A DNA stretch of 64,000 nt, taken from the NCBI GenBank assembly GCA_964637845.1, contig CAZWXI010000003.1:27859-91858 (forward strand). The letters run 5' to 3'. A model generated the notes under the pieces. The model saw only the letters and a list, made by a program, of their open reading frames with translations, did not search any database and was not told the DNA's origin. Both the position numbers and the translations under genes were made by a program. This DNA comes from an uncultured Hyphomicrobiales bacterium (GTDB taxonomy: Bacteria > Bacteroidota > Ignavibacteria > Kapaibacteriales > UBA2268). Each line of letters opens with the position of its first letter. Position 1 is the first letter of the stretch. This document shows, piece after piece, positions 18,684-28,678 of this stretch.

Positions 18684-19895
18684 ATGGCAAACAACCAAAT
18701 TAAGATATTAATCGCCGATGATGAACAAACCAGTAATATTGCAATTGAAACATTAATCAGAATCCACTTCACTGAGATTAAAACAATTGTTGTTACTGAT
18801 GGAATTTCGGCATTTAATCAAGCAAAAGCGGAATTACCAGATATTATTATTTCTGACATATCGATGCCCGGGTTGGATGGCTTTGAGCTTTTAAGTAAAA
18901 TTCGAAGCACTCCCCAACTTAGTGATTGTTTCTTTTTATTTCTGACCGCCGCATTTGACACAGCAAAGTACGACAATGCAATAAATCTCGGAGCTGATGA
19001 TTTCATCACAAAACCAATTGAAAACAATCGTTTGATTGTTAGGTTACGTTCATCTTTGAGATTCATCAATTTGAAGAAACAAGTAAAAGAAGAAAACAGA
19101 CTGCTTGTCGAATTAGCAGAAGCACTTGAAAATGATGTCCAGGATATGATAAAACTTGCCGTTAAATTTCTTGAAGCACGAATACCTGCATCTATTGATA
19201 TGTTAAGAAGAGTATCACAATCCTCTGTTTGGATTTTACGAAATATTAGCGATTCAGACGATGATAAACTAGAAGATAGATTACGAGATATTGAAATCGC
19301 ATCATTTTTATGCCAAGCCGGAAGAATTTTTCTCCCGGATTCTATGCTAAAAATGCCCGTACTTATAGATGGCGCTCCATCTGACCCACTGATGTGTCAG
19401 GTACCTCAATCAGGCAAGGAAATTATTCAAAGCATAAGCAGATTCGAACATGTCGCAAAAATAATCGGTTATATTTACGAAAATTTTGACGGTAGTGGAA
19501 TACCCGAAAGATTGAAATCTTGGCAAATACCTATGGAGGCTAGAATAATTAGAGCCGCTCTGGATTTTGAAGAACTTCGAACGCTTAGAAATAAAACTTC
19601 AAAAGATGCCGTCGAAATCATAAAACGAGAATCACAAAGATTATATGACCACAGGGTAGTAATTCTACTCGAGCAGTATCTCAAATCCCATGATAGAGAA
19701 CTATACAATCCTGACGAAATTGCTGTCCAATTAGCAGAACTTGAGGATGGAATGATAATAGCGAGAGATGTATATACGAATAAAGGTTTAAAACTTATCC
19801 CACAAGGCGCATCGTTGACAGTTAAAACCATTGAGCGCCTGATAGCACATAATTCCACAGACCCGATACTTGGAAATGTATATGTCAAGAAGTGA
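18684..19895 (+). CDS. response regulator: intact receiver domain plus degenerate (probably non-catalytic) HD-GYP-like domain
   Basis: Receiver residues are present: ILIADDE, IIISDISMPGLDG, FLFLTAA, DFITKP. The output domain aligns to HD-GYP, but LHDIGK reads LCQAGR, HHE..DGSGYP reads IYENFDGSGIP, and the first His motif reads MLRRV. Confidence 0.8.
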   Translation: MANNQIKILIADDEQTSNIAIETLIRIHFTEIKTIVVTDGISAFNQAKAELPDIIISDISMPGLDGFELLSKIRSTPQLSDCFFLFLTAAFDTAKYDNAINLGADDFITKPIENNRLIVRLRSSLRFINLKKQVKEENRLLVELAEALENDVQDMIKLAVKFLEARIPASIDMLRRVSQSSVWILRNISDSDDDKLEDRLRDIEIASFLCQAGRIFLPDSMLKMPVLIDGAPSDPLMCQVPQSGKEIIQSISRFEHVAKIIGYIYENFDGSGIPERLKSWQIPMEARIIRAALDFEELRTLRNKTSKDAVEIIKRESQRLYDHRVVILLEQYLKSHDRELYNPDEIAVQLAELEDGMIIARDVYTNKGLKLIPQGASLTVKTIERLIAHNSTDPILGNVYVKK

Positions 19896-19902
19896 GTATA
19901 GC

Positions 19903-22900
19903 TTAGAAATCAAGACCTAAAGAAAATAAATAATTCGGTTCTGACCAGCCATGATATTGGTTCCGCCATGCAATATCAATTTTCCATGGTAATCCCAAAA
20001 AATAGCTCCTTATACCAATACCTGTACTCATTAATAGATTTTGAGGATGCTTATTACCGTTTTCATCCTTATAGTAAGCACTAAAGCTCTTATCCCACGC
20101 ACCACCGATATCCAAGAAAAATGCACCGTTGATACCTGATATCAATATCGGTAATGGTCCGGCTACTAATGCCGTCAGAAGAGGAAACCTCAATTCTACG
20201 TTGGACATAAAATACCTGCTGCCCGAAATTTCGGCGACTTGCCACCCTCTCATTGGAGTAAGAAAATTCATAAATGCGAAATCTTTGGGTTGGTCAAACG
20301 GCAAGCGGTTGTTCTTGAAACGCCTGTTTATCCAATTGTCTGTACCTCCGACAAAGAAATTGATTGGGTCAGGACCGAAACTCACCGCTCCTGCCGTTCT
20401 TGCCGCAATGCTGATAAAATCGCCAAGCGGAAAATAAATACGGTAATCACCTGAGAAAGTCAAAAATCCTGCGCCATCATCTCCAAATATTTTTGGTGAG
20501 GCGGTAACATCAATGAAAAATCTGGAACCTTCACGGGGGCCATAATAACCCCATAGCGTATTATCATGAACATAGCGAACATTCGGCACCAGCAAAAAGT
20601 TCTCAATGGAAGGAAGCTGCGGCACCTCAACATTTTCACGGGTCAAGTACATGAAATTAGTGCCACACTCAAATCTCTGGAATAATGTTACAGGATAAGA
20701 TGCCTTCAGTCCAAGACCAAAGTTTCTGAATCTATGATAAAAATTATCCGAATGTAATACAAATGCTGATGTATGATATGCACTAATTTGATAGTCTATA
20801 ATTTGGGGCAAATAATTATATGCTAAAAAAAATTGACTGTTTCTTAAGTCCATCAATAAATTTGCTTGGACGAAAATCTGATGGTCCCCCAGTACATCAC
20901 TAAACAGCATTTGGGTTACTCCCTGAATGCCGTAAAAAGTGCTATATCCGGGATTTCCAAGTATTAAGTCTGGGGAAAACGACACCCTATAATCATACTC
21001 TTGAAATTCAGAAACAGTCATGACAGATTCATCTTGAACTGTTAAGGTTTTACGTTGAATCGCATCAATATTAGGTGATACGAGTTTTTGTTGAGCAAAA
21101 TCAATTTCAAAATCACCGTATCCGACTAACTTTTCCGATTTAGTGGGTTTATCTTGAGTAGCAATTCCTTCTATCATTTGCTTTTTATCAACAAGACTTT
21201 GTTTAAACTTGGTAAGCGGCAACTCATCATATTCGAGTCTTTTTTCAAGTGGAAATCGCATCATGTATATATCATATCCGCCATTAACCTGAGATGTAAA
21301 CAACAGCTTTGTAGCATCATTTGATAATGCTATTTGTGTTATACCGTTAATTGAATTCGTGATTGGACGTGATTGTAATGTATTTAGGTCTAATAGATAT
21401 ACATTGCTGATACCATTTTTATCTGAGCTATAAATCAACTTGTCTTGTCCTGCAACAGTAGCTAATGATGTTTTATTATTTTCGGAGTCAAACGTAAGCC
21501 TTCTGACTGCACCTGTTTCAACTGAAATTTCGTATAAATCGGATTGATAAACGTTGTAGTCCCACATCTTGAATCTCTCGAATAAAGGAGTTGTGAATTC
21601 AGACCTATCAGAAATGAAATAAATTTTCTTATCGTCACCCGACCATTTCAGCATTTTATCGGAAAATATGTCGTTAGTTAAGTTAGTTAATTTTTTATTT
21701 TTGAAGTCGTATATATATATATCACTGCGGTTAATTTCAGTTCCTATGAAAGCAATATAATTACCGCTATGGGACCAGTCAACGGATGAAATTGATAATA
21801 AGCCCAGGGACAATTTTTCGTATCTACCGGTTCTTGCATCAACTAAAAAGATAGCGTCCTCTCCACCGGATTTAGCTGATATTGCAATTCTTGTCCCGGT
21901 CGGGTCCCAAGATATACCAGGGGTAAGCATATTCAAATCTTCGAAATCTTGTTTTCTGAAACTACTAACCAGTTGGCGAGTTGTGTTCTTGTCGTTTATA
22001 TCTCTGACAAAGACGCCAAAAGTACCTCTTGGAGCGGAAATGAAAGCCATTCTTTCTCCATCGGGAGATATAGCGGGCGATGAATTGTAGTATGTTCTAT
22101 CTTTAAAATGGTCAGTTAATTGCGTAGCAAAATCCTTCAAATCAGTAAATACTTCAAGGTCGGGCCAATAATGCTTCTTAAGGTCACGCTCCCATCTTTC
22201 CGAAAAAGTTTCCAAATCCATTTGAAAGGCACTCTGAAAAGCAGCATTTACGTTTCTGTGAATATTTAATTTATTAATAAAGTCACCAACTTTCTCTTTT
22301 CCGTATTTGTTAGCTACATACCAGTAAAAAGTTTGTCCACCTCTATATGCCAAATAACCGTTTAATCGGTCCAACGAGGGTAGCTTTTCGCTTAGTAATA
22401 AATCACGCATGAACATATCGGTTTCGGTATTCATGCCTCCTAAACTTTCCCACTCACACAACCCTTCATTCAGCCATAATGGTATCATAAAACCGGAACT
22501 TGATGTTATGGCTGATTGAAAAGTACCACCGTAAAACATGTCATTCAGAACTGCATGAACAAGTTCGTGATGAATTACATGGTAAAATTGTGCGTAATTG
22601 CCCTGAAATGGCACAACAACTCTGTTTTTGAATAATTCGGTCACACCTCCAACACCTTCGGGCATGAAACTACTTATGATATTGGTTTGCTGGAATTCAT
22701 TATGTGCGGCATAAACTATTACGCCTACTCTGCTTGTCAGTCTGTAATTTACAGTCCTTTGGATTGATGACAGGGCTCGCTCTGCCGCATTGGCAGTGAA
22801 TTCTGCGATGTACTTATGTCCTTCGTCATAGTAAACATCAAAATTCGTTGACTGAATGTATTTCCAATTAAAATTTCTGTATTGTACTTTGTTTTTACCA

Positions 22901-22995
22901 AACTGTGCAGTAGTCATTACTTGCGAATGTAATGAAATACCAGCACAGAAAAGCGCTAATATTAATAAACTCAAGAATGATGATTTTCGTTTCAT
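19903..22995 (-). CDS. multidomain outer-membrane protein: MA-clan metallopeptidase-like domain, TolB-like beta-propeller repeats and an Omp85/surface-antigen beta-barrel
   Basis: HExxH in FYHVIHHELVHAVLND plus a downstream WLNEGLCEW. PD40-like repeats (SPAISPDGERMAFIS, ISWDPTGTRIAISA, SVDWSHSGNYIAFIG, LKWSGDDKKIYFISDR). The C-terminal barrel ends ...YLFSLGLDF. The ATG at 22995 has GGAGA 5-6 nt upstream; the track start at 23028 is a GTG. Confidence 0.7.
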   Translation of the reverse strand: MKRKSSFLSLLILALFCAGISLHSQVMTTAQFGKNKVQYRNFNWKYIQSTNFDVYYDEGHKYIAEFTANAAERALSSIQRTVNYRLTSRVGVIVYAAHNEFQQTNIISSFMPEGVGGVTELFKNRVVVPFQGNYAQFYHVIHHELVHAVLNDMFYGGTFQSAITSSSGFMIPLWLNEGLCEWESLGGMNTETDMFMRDLLLSEKLPSLDRLNGYLAYRGGQTFYWYVANKYGKEKVGDFINKLNIHRNVNAAFQSAFQMDLETFSERWERDLKKHYWPDLEVFTDLKDFATQLTDHFKDRTYYNSSPAISPDGERMAFISAPRGTFGVFVRDINDKNTTRQLVSSFRKQDFEDLNMLTPGISWDPTGTRIAISAKSGGEDAIFLVDARTGRYEKLSLGLLSISSVDWSHSGNYIAFIGTEINRSDIYIYDFKNKKLTNLTNDIFSDKMLKWSGDDKKIYFISDRSEFTTPLFERFKMWDYNVYQSDLYEISVETGAVRRLTFDSENNKTSLATVAGQDKLIYSSDKNGISNVYLLDLNTLQSRPITNSINGITQIALSNDATKLLFTSQVNGGYDIYMMRFPLEKRLEYDELPLTKFKQSLVDKKQMIEGIATQDKPTKSEKLVGYGDFEIDFAQQKLVSPNIDAIQRKTLTVQDESVMTVSEFQEYDYRVSFSPDLILGNPGYSTFYGIQGVTQMLFSDVLGDHQIFVQANLLMDLRNSQFFLAYNYLPQIIDYQISAYHTSAFVLHSDNFYHRFRNFGLGLKASYPVTLFQRFECGTNFMYLTRENVEVPQLPSIENFLLVPNVRYVHDNTLWGYYGPREGSRFFIDVTASPKIFGDDGAGFLTFSGDYRIYFPLGDFISIAARTAGAVSFGPDPINFFVGGTDNWINRRFKNNRLPFDQPKDFAFMNFLTPMRGWQVAEISGSRYFMSNVELRFPLLTALVAGPLPILISGINGAFFLDIGGAWDKSFSAYYKDENGNKHPQNLLMSTGIGIRSYFLGLPWKIDIAWRNQYHGWSEPNYLFSLGLDF

Positions 22996-23084
22996 TTTAT
23001 CTCCGAATATATAGTCTTTAATAGACACACAAAAGTCTAAAAGGTTTCATTCAAGGACGGAAAAAAAGCTCATTTAAGTTAAAT

Positions 23085-23114
23085 AAAAAAAGCGTCAAGA
23101 GACGCTTTTTTTTA
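23085..23114 (-). terminator. rho-independent terminator downstream of gcvPB (potentially bidirectional)
   Basis: Perfect hairpin agcgtc-aaga-gacgct (23091-23106), flanked by an A-run on one side and a T-run on the other. Confidence 0.7.
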
Positions 23115-23135
23115 ATTAGGTAAAATAGACTACTT

Positions 23136-24581
23136 TTATGACCATTTTACGTTCAACTTTCTTGCCGCTAAAGCATCATCAACTCGTTTAACGGGAGTTG
23201 TTAACGGTGCGGAGTTTACTAAATCCGGATTTGTACGTGCTTCCTCGGCTATTTTGTTCATTGCATTCGCAAATAATTCTATGTTCTCTTTGGATTCAGT
23301 TTCCGTTGGTTCAATCAGCATACATTCATGAACTATTAACGGGAAATAGATTGTTGGAGCATGAAATCCATAATCAAGTAATCGTTTTGCAATATCTTTT
23401 GCACTCACACCAAATTCCTTTTGGTAGTCTGCTGAAACCACAAATTCGTGCATAGCAAATTCATCAAAGGGTACTCTATAATTATCTTTAATAAGTGTTC
23501 TTAAGTAATTTGCATTAATTATCGCATTTTCAGATACTTGCCTTAATCCTTCATTTCCATGCATGCGAATGTAAGTATATGCTCGGACGTGCATACCGAA
23601 ATTTCCGAAAAATGTATGAACGCGACCTATAGAGTGTTCCAAATCATATTTAGTTCTGTAAAAACCTTTGTCATTTATAATTTGAGGGACAGGCAGATAA
23701 GGCAAGAGCCTATTACTAACGCATATTGGACCTGAACCAGGTCCGCCACCACCATGAGGAGTTGAAAATGTCTTATGCAAGTTGATGTGAACGCAATCAA
23801 ACCCCATATCACCGGGACGTGCTATCCCGAGTAAGGCATTCAAATTAGCGCCGTCCATGTACATTAAACCGCCACATTCGCGAATTAATTCGGCAATCGT
23901 TTCGATTTCGCTCTCGAAAATTCCGACAGTATTTGGATTGGTCAACATAAAGCCGGCTACATCGTCACCGACTTTCGAACGCAAATCATCAATATCAACC
24001 ATGCCTGCTTCATTTGAATTAAGCTCAACTATCTCAAAACCGGCAATAGCAGCCGATGCGGGATTTGTACCATGTGCCGCATTGGGTATCAATATTTTAT
24101 TACGCTTTGTATCACCTCGGTGCTGATGATAAGCTCTAAACATCAAAATACCCGTTAATTCACCCTGAGAGCCGGCGGCGGGTTGCAAAGAAACACCGCT
24201 CATGCCGGATATTTCTTTGAGTTGCTCACCTAACTCATACATCAAACGGAGTGCACCTTGCGACATTTCGTCAGTTGCATTTGGGTGTAAATCTGCATAA
24301 CCCGTCATTGATGCAACAGTCTCGTTTATTTTCGGATTATATTTCATTGTGCAGGAACCCAAAGGATAGAACCCTTTTTCTATGTTATAGTTGAGGTGAC
24401 TGAGACGTACATAGTGACGTGAAACGTCAATTTCAGCAATTTCAGGTAATTCAGCATCTTTTTCTCTTAAAAATTCGTTAGGGATTGTATTATAAGCCGA
24501 TTTAGAATAATCAATGTCTAATTTTGGTAGAGAATAGCCTTTACGCCCCGGTCTGCTTTTTTCAAAAATGATTTTTTCCAT
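23136..24581 (-). CDS. gcvPB: glycine dehydrogenase (aminomethyl-transferring) subunit 2
   Basis: N-terminus IFEKSRPGRKGYSLP, a PLP-lysine region (NLHKTFSTPHGGGGPG), and a length typical of the P-protein beta subunit. Confidence 0.93.
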   Translation of the reverse strand: MEKIIFEKSRPGRKGYSLPKLDIDYSKSAYNTIPNEFLREKDAELPEIAEIDVSRHYVRLSHLNYNIEKGFYPLGSCTMKYNPKINETVASMTGYADLHPNATDEMSQGALRLMYELGEQLKEISGMSGVSLQPAAGSQGELTGILMFRAYHQHRGDTKRNKILIPNAAHGTNPASAAIAGFEIVELNSNEAGMVDIDDLRSKVGDDVAGFMLTNPNTVGIFESEIETIAELIRECGGLMYMDGANLNALLGIARPGDMGFDCVHINLHKTFSTPHGGGGPGSGPICVSNRLLPYLPVPQIINDKGFYRTKYDLEHSIGRVHTFFGNFGMHVRAYTYIRMHGNEGLRQVSENAIINANYLRTLIKDNYRVPFDEFAMHEFVVSADYQKEFGVSAKDIAKRLLDYGFHAPTIYFPLIVHECMLIEPTETESKENIELFANAMNKIAEEARTNPDLVNSAPLTTPVKRVDDALAARKLNVKWS

Positions 24582-24602
24582 GTTTATTGAATAATTTAAA
24601 AT

Positions 24603-25400
24603 TTATAAAAAATGTGTGTCTAATGCATTTTTAGCCGCAAATTGTTCGGCATCTTTTTTATTTTTTCCCTGTCCTATCCCCATGATGGTCCCGTCAACGA
24701 ATACGCCTATTGTAAAAAATTTGTCATGTGGCTGACCTTCCTCTGACAAAACTGAATATTCTGGTGTTTTCTTTCCTTGTGACTGAACCAATTCCATTAA
24801 TCGGCTTTTATAATTGTTGTCGTCCAGCAAACTTTCAGTAATCATTAGAGGCAACATTTTCTTCAAGATAAACTCTCGTACTTTATTCAATCCTGAATCA
24901 ATGAATATTGCCGCAATTACTGCTTCCATCGCATCCGCTAGAATAGTTTCGTTCCCACTTTTTATAGTCTTGGCGGCATTATGACTTATTCTAAGAAATT
25001 GCTCGATGTTTAGCTTTTGTCCACAAAGTGCTAGCGAATGTTTGTTTACAAGGCGTGATCTTAATTTAGTCAATGTACCCTCACTACCGGCATATTTGTT
25101 AAAAAACAAATATTCGGCAATTATCAAATCAAGTATTGCATCGCCAAGAAACTCCAGCCTTTCGTTGGAATTCATTCCAATACTATCAGCTACACTTGTG
25201 TATGATCTATGAGTAAGAGCTTCTTCAAATACACCTTTGTGCACAATGCTAAAACCTAATAATTTCTCGAACTGTTTCAACACCTCACCTGATAAAAATC
25301 CGACCTCAGGAAAACGTTTCTCGATATCGGATTTTGATATATTCAGTCCTCCCGAAATATATGAGACATATGGAGCAATAATTCGAGAACTTTGACTCAT
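24603..25400 (-). CDS. rnc: ribonuclease III
   Basis: RNase III signature ERLEFLGDAILDLIIAEYLF and a C-terminal dsRBD (GQGKNKKDAEQFAAKNAL). Confidence 0.93.
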   Translation of the reverse strand: MSQSSRIIAPYVSYISGGLNISKSDIEKRFPEVGFLSGEVLKQFEKLLGFSIVHKGVFEEALTHRSYTSVADSIGMNSNERLEFLGDAILDLIIAEYLFFNKYAGSEGTLTKLRSRLVNKHSLALCGQKLNIEQFLRISHNAAKTIKSGNETILADAMEAVIAAIFIDSGLNKVREFILKKMLPLMITESLLDDNNYKSRLMELVQSQGKKTPEYSVLSEEGQPHDKFFTIGVFVDGTIMGIGQGKNKKDAEQFAAKNALDTHFL

Positions 25401-25409
25401 AAGAATTAA

Positions 25410-26669
25410 CTATTGCTCGAATGCTTTGAAACAAATAGAAGCATTGTGTCCACCAAAACCGAAAGTGTTGCTAATTGCTGCTTTGATATTTTTTTCGACA
25501 AATTTATTAGGTGCATAATTCAAATCACATTCCGGGTCTGGTGTAAAATGATTTATCGTCGGTGGTATTTTAGAATTTTTAATAGCCATTACCGTAGCAA
25601 TGGCTTCAATAGCTCCTGCGGCGCCTAATAGATGTCCTGTCATGGATTTAGTAGAACTCACAACCATGTCGTAAGCATGTTCACCAAAAACCGTTTTGAT
25701 GGCAGTTGTTTCAGTTTTGTCATTGAATGGAGTTGAAGTGCCATGAGCATTGATATAATCAATGTCATTGGGAGTCAAATCTGCATCTTGAATACATAAA
25801 GACATAGAACGAACAGCGCCTTCTCCTCCGGGTGCCGGTTGAGTGATATGGAAAGCGTCGTCAGTTAAGCCAATTCCTGCTACCTCGCAATAAATATCGG
25901 CACCTCTATTCATGGCATGTTCTAATGTTTCCATAATTAACACACCTGCGCCTTCGCCGATGACAAATCCATCTCTGTCCTTATCAAAGGGTCTGCTAGC
26001 AGTCGAAGGGTCATCATTACGAGTTGAAAGAGCCTTCATGGCATTAAATCCGCCGACACCCATTGGACAAACTACTGCCTCACTACCTCCAACGACTATC
26101 ATATCGGCATCACCACGCTGTAAAAGCATAAGAGCGTCGGCGATAGAGTGCGAAGAAGTAGCACAGGCAGATACAGTAGCATAGTTTGGCCCTTTTAGTC
26201 CCCATCTAATTGCAACATGACCTGCCGCAATATCCGCGATCAACATTGGGACGAAAAATGGTGAAATCCTGTCGGGTTTGCCATCACGTTCGTACAGATT
26301 TTGTTGTTGGTAGTGATATGTCCACATACCACCTATTCCGGAGCCAATGATAACGCCAATGCGGTTTTTATCGAGGTTATCAAAATTGATTTTAGCATCT
26401 TCGACAGCCATCACTGTTGAAGAAATCGCATATTGGGTAAACAAGTCCATCCGCTGTGCTTCTTTTGCAGAAATATGCACAGTGGGGTCATAGTTCTTAA
26501 CTTCACAAGCGAACTGTGTTTTATAGTCGGTAGCATCAAATTTGGTTATAGGTGCTGCACCGCTTCTGCCTTCCAGCAAACCGCTCCAATATTCCTGGAG
26601 ATTATTGCCGATTGGAGTAACAGCACCCATCCCGGTTACTACTACCTTCGGAAAATTATATTTAGGCAT
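25410..26669 (-). CDS. fabF: beta-ketoacyl-ACP synthase II
   Basis: Active-site region VSACATSSHSI, His motifs (NAHGTSTP, KSMTGHLLGAAG) and the C-terminal FGFGGHNAS. GGGAGG SD upstream. Confidence 0.95.
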   Translation of the reverse strand: MPKYNFPKVVVTGMGAVTPIGNNLQEYWSGLLEGRSGAAPITKFDATDYKTQFACEVKNYDPTVHISAKEAQRMDLFTQYAISSTVMAVEDAKINFDNLDKNRIGVIIGSGIGGMWTYHYQQQNLYERDGKPDRISPFFVPMLIADIAAGHVAIRWGLKGPNYATVSACATSSHSIADALMLLQRGDADMIVVGGSEAVVCPMGVGGFNAMKALSTRNDDPSTASRPFDKDRDGFVIGEGAGVLIMETLEHAMNRGADIYCEVAGIGLTDDAFHITQPAPGGEGAVRSMSLCIQDADLTPNDIDYINAHGTSTPFNDKTETTAIKTVFGEHAYDMVVSSTKSMTGHLLGAAGAIEAIATVMAIKNSKIPPTINHFTPDPECDLNYAPNKFVEKNIKAAISNTFGFGGHNASICFKAFEQ

Positions 26670-26691
26670 ATGCCTCCCGATTAATTTTTAA

Positions 26692-26928
26692 TTAATTGCG
26701 TTCTGAAAGATAGTTGATAACATTGCCTACAGTTTGAATTTTTTCGGCATCGCTATCTTCGATTGTAATGTCGAATTCTTTCTCGAATTCCATGATTAAT
26801 TCGACCGTATCCAATGAATCTGCTCCAAGGTCTTTAGTGAATGACGCATCTTCGGTGACTTGTGAGCGTTCTACTCCAAGTTTTTTAACGATGATATCAA
26901 TTACTTTTGATTTTAAATCCTCTGACAT
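26692..26928 (-). CDS. acpP: acyl carrier protein
   Basis: Phosphopantetheine site [16 protein letters not shown]. The ATG at 26928 (MSEDLK...) has GAGG 8 nt upstream; the track start at 26940 is a GTG. Confidence 0.95.
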   Translation of the reverse strand: MSEDLKSKVIDIIVKKLGVERSQVTEDASFTKDLGADSLDTVELIMEFEKEFDITIEDSDAEKIQTVGNVINYLSERN

Positions 26929-26968
26929 TTTGTACCTCACAATATATTTAAAAAATTTTACAAAAAAA

Positions 26969-27706
26969 TTAAATAGCTAATCCTCCATCAACGTGCAATA
27001 CTTGCCCGGTGATGTATTTCGAATCCTCGTGTGCAAAAAAGGCAACCACATCGGCAATTTCACCGGGTTGTGCCCACCTTTTTAAAGGAATATTTTCAAG
27101 TAGTTTTGCTCTCTGCTCTTCATTTAAAGCATCTGTCATATTGGTTTCTACATAACCCGGAGCTATCAAATTAACCAAAATATTCCTGGAAGCTAATTCC
27201 TTGGCAAGCGACTTTGTCAATCCTATCAATCCGGATTTCGATGCTGAATAATTTGCCTGCCCGGGATTGCCGATTGTTCCGACAATTGAACCGATATTTA
27301 TTATTCTGCCGTTTCTTTGGCTCATCATAGTTCTAATTACGGCTTTAATGCAATTGAATGCACCTTTGAGATTTATATTCATTACAAAATCCCAGTCTTC
27401 AGGCGGCATCCGCACAAGCAGATTATCCTTAGTAACTCCTGCGTTATTAACTAAGACATCAATCTTTCCCTCTGATTTTACAATTACATTAACCGCTTCG
27501 GTAACTTTGTCGTAATCAGAGACATCTACTGCAAAAAACTCAAGTTGATTATAAAATTCATCACTATTGTCGATAAACTGTTTCAAATCGCCGGGAATGG
27601 TTCTTGAAAAAATCTTTACCTTGGCGCCGGACCGAGCAAATTTAAATGATATTGCCTTACCGATGCCTTTATTACCGCCTGTTACAATAATAATTTTATC
27701 TTTCAT
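26969..27706 (-). CDS. fabG: 3-oxoacyl-ACP reductase
   Basis: SDR motifs [15 protein letters not shown] and YSASKSG, in a FAS II context. Confidence 0.93.
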   Translation of the reverse strand: MKDKIIIVTGGNKGIGKAISFKFARSGAKVKIFSRTIPGDLKQFIDNSDEFYNQLEFFAVDVSDYDKVTEAVNVIVKSEGKIDVLVNNAGVTKDNLLVRMPPEDWDFVMNINLKGAFNCIKAVIRTMMSQRNGRIINIGSIVGTIGNPGQANYSASKSGLIGLTKSLAKELASRNILVNLIAPGYVETNMTDALNEEQRAKLLENIPLKRWAQPGEIADVVAFFAHEDSKYITGQVLHVDGGLAI

Positions 27707-27753
27707 AGACTTTGTATTTTTTCAAAATATAAATTTAGTAAAAACTTGGCTAA

Positions 27754-28677
27754 TTATAAAAATTTTTGCAAATCTTGATAATGATCAATGCCTTCAATAT
27801 CAAACTCATCTACTGTTCTTTTCGCTAAACCTTGTAAAACATTACCCGGGCCAATCTCGATAACTTTGGTGATTCCATTGGATTTCATATTCTTCATGGT
27901 ATCTGTCCAAAGTACAGGGGAAATCAATTGCTCAATTAAATATTTCTTAATTAAATTTGAATCAGTAATAGGTTCGCCTGTAACATTGACATAAATGGGG
28001 ACATGAGATTCGGCAAAATCGATTGACTGTATTTCAGCTTCGAGTTCAAGTTTAGCGGGTTCCATCAATGGAGAGTGAAATGCACCGCTGACCACGAGTT
28101 CTTTTACCAAACGCGCTCCCGCTTTTTTGAACTCTTCAACATTTGCACGTAAATATTCTGCTGAACCGGAAACAACTATTTGGCCGGGAGAATTGAAATT
28201 AGCCACAACAATAACATTACCATTACCTGTATCCGTTAGTTGCCGGCAAACTTCTTTGAGTTTATCATCATCAAGATTGATGACCGCAAACATTGTTCCA
28301 GGAATTTGAGTTCCTGCTTCAAACATAAGTTTACCTCTTTTTGCGACTAATTTTAAAGTATCCTCGAATTTAAGCACCCCAGCTGCAAAAAGCGCGGCAT
28401 ATTCTCCCACTGAATGTCCCGCCACTGCATGATAATCAAGTTTATTCTTGAGTAATGAGAAAATAACTGCTGAATGCAAGAATATTGCAGGTTGAGTATA
28501 GCGAGTTTCTTTTAACGTCTCAATTGGTCCATTGAAACAAATTTCGGCTAAATCAAATCCTAAGACTTCATTAGCTTCTGCAATTAAGTTTCTTGCAGGT
28601 TCGGAATTACTGTAAATATCTTTTAACATACCAACATATTGCGAACCTTGTCCAGAGAATAGTAATGCTGTTTTCAT
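27754..28677 (-). CDS. fabD: malonyl CoA-ACP transacylase
   Basis: FSGQGSQYVGM and the active-site GHSVGEYAAL. Confidence 0.93.
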   Translation of the reverse strand: MKTALLFSGQGSQYVGMLKDIYSNSEPARNLIAEANEVLGFDLAEICFNGPIETLKETRYTQPAIFLHSAVIFSLLKNKLDYHAVAGHSVGEYAALFAAGVLKFEDTLKLVAKRGKLMFEAGTQIPGTMFAVINLDDDKLKEVCRQLTDTGNGNVIVVANFNSPGQIVVSGSAEYLRANVEEFKKAGARLVKELVVSGAFHSPLMEPAKLELEAEIQSIDFAESHVPIYVNVTGEPITDSNLIKKYLIEQLISPVLWTDTMKNMKSNGITKVIEIGPGNVLQGLAKRTVDEFDIEGIDHYQDLQKFL

Positions 28678-28678
28678 A

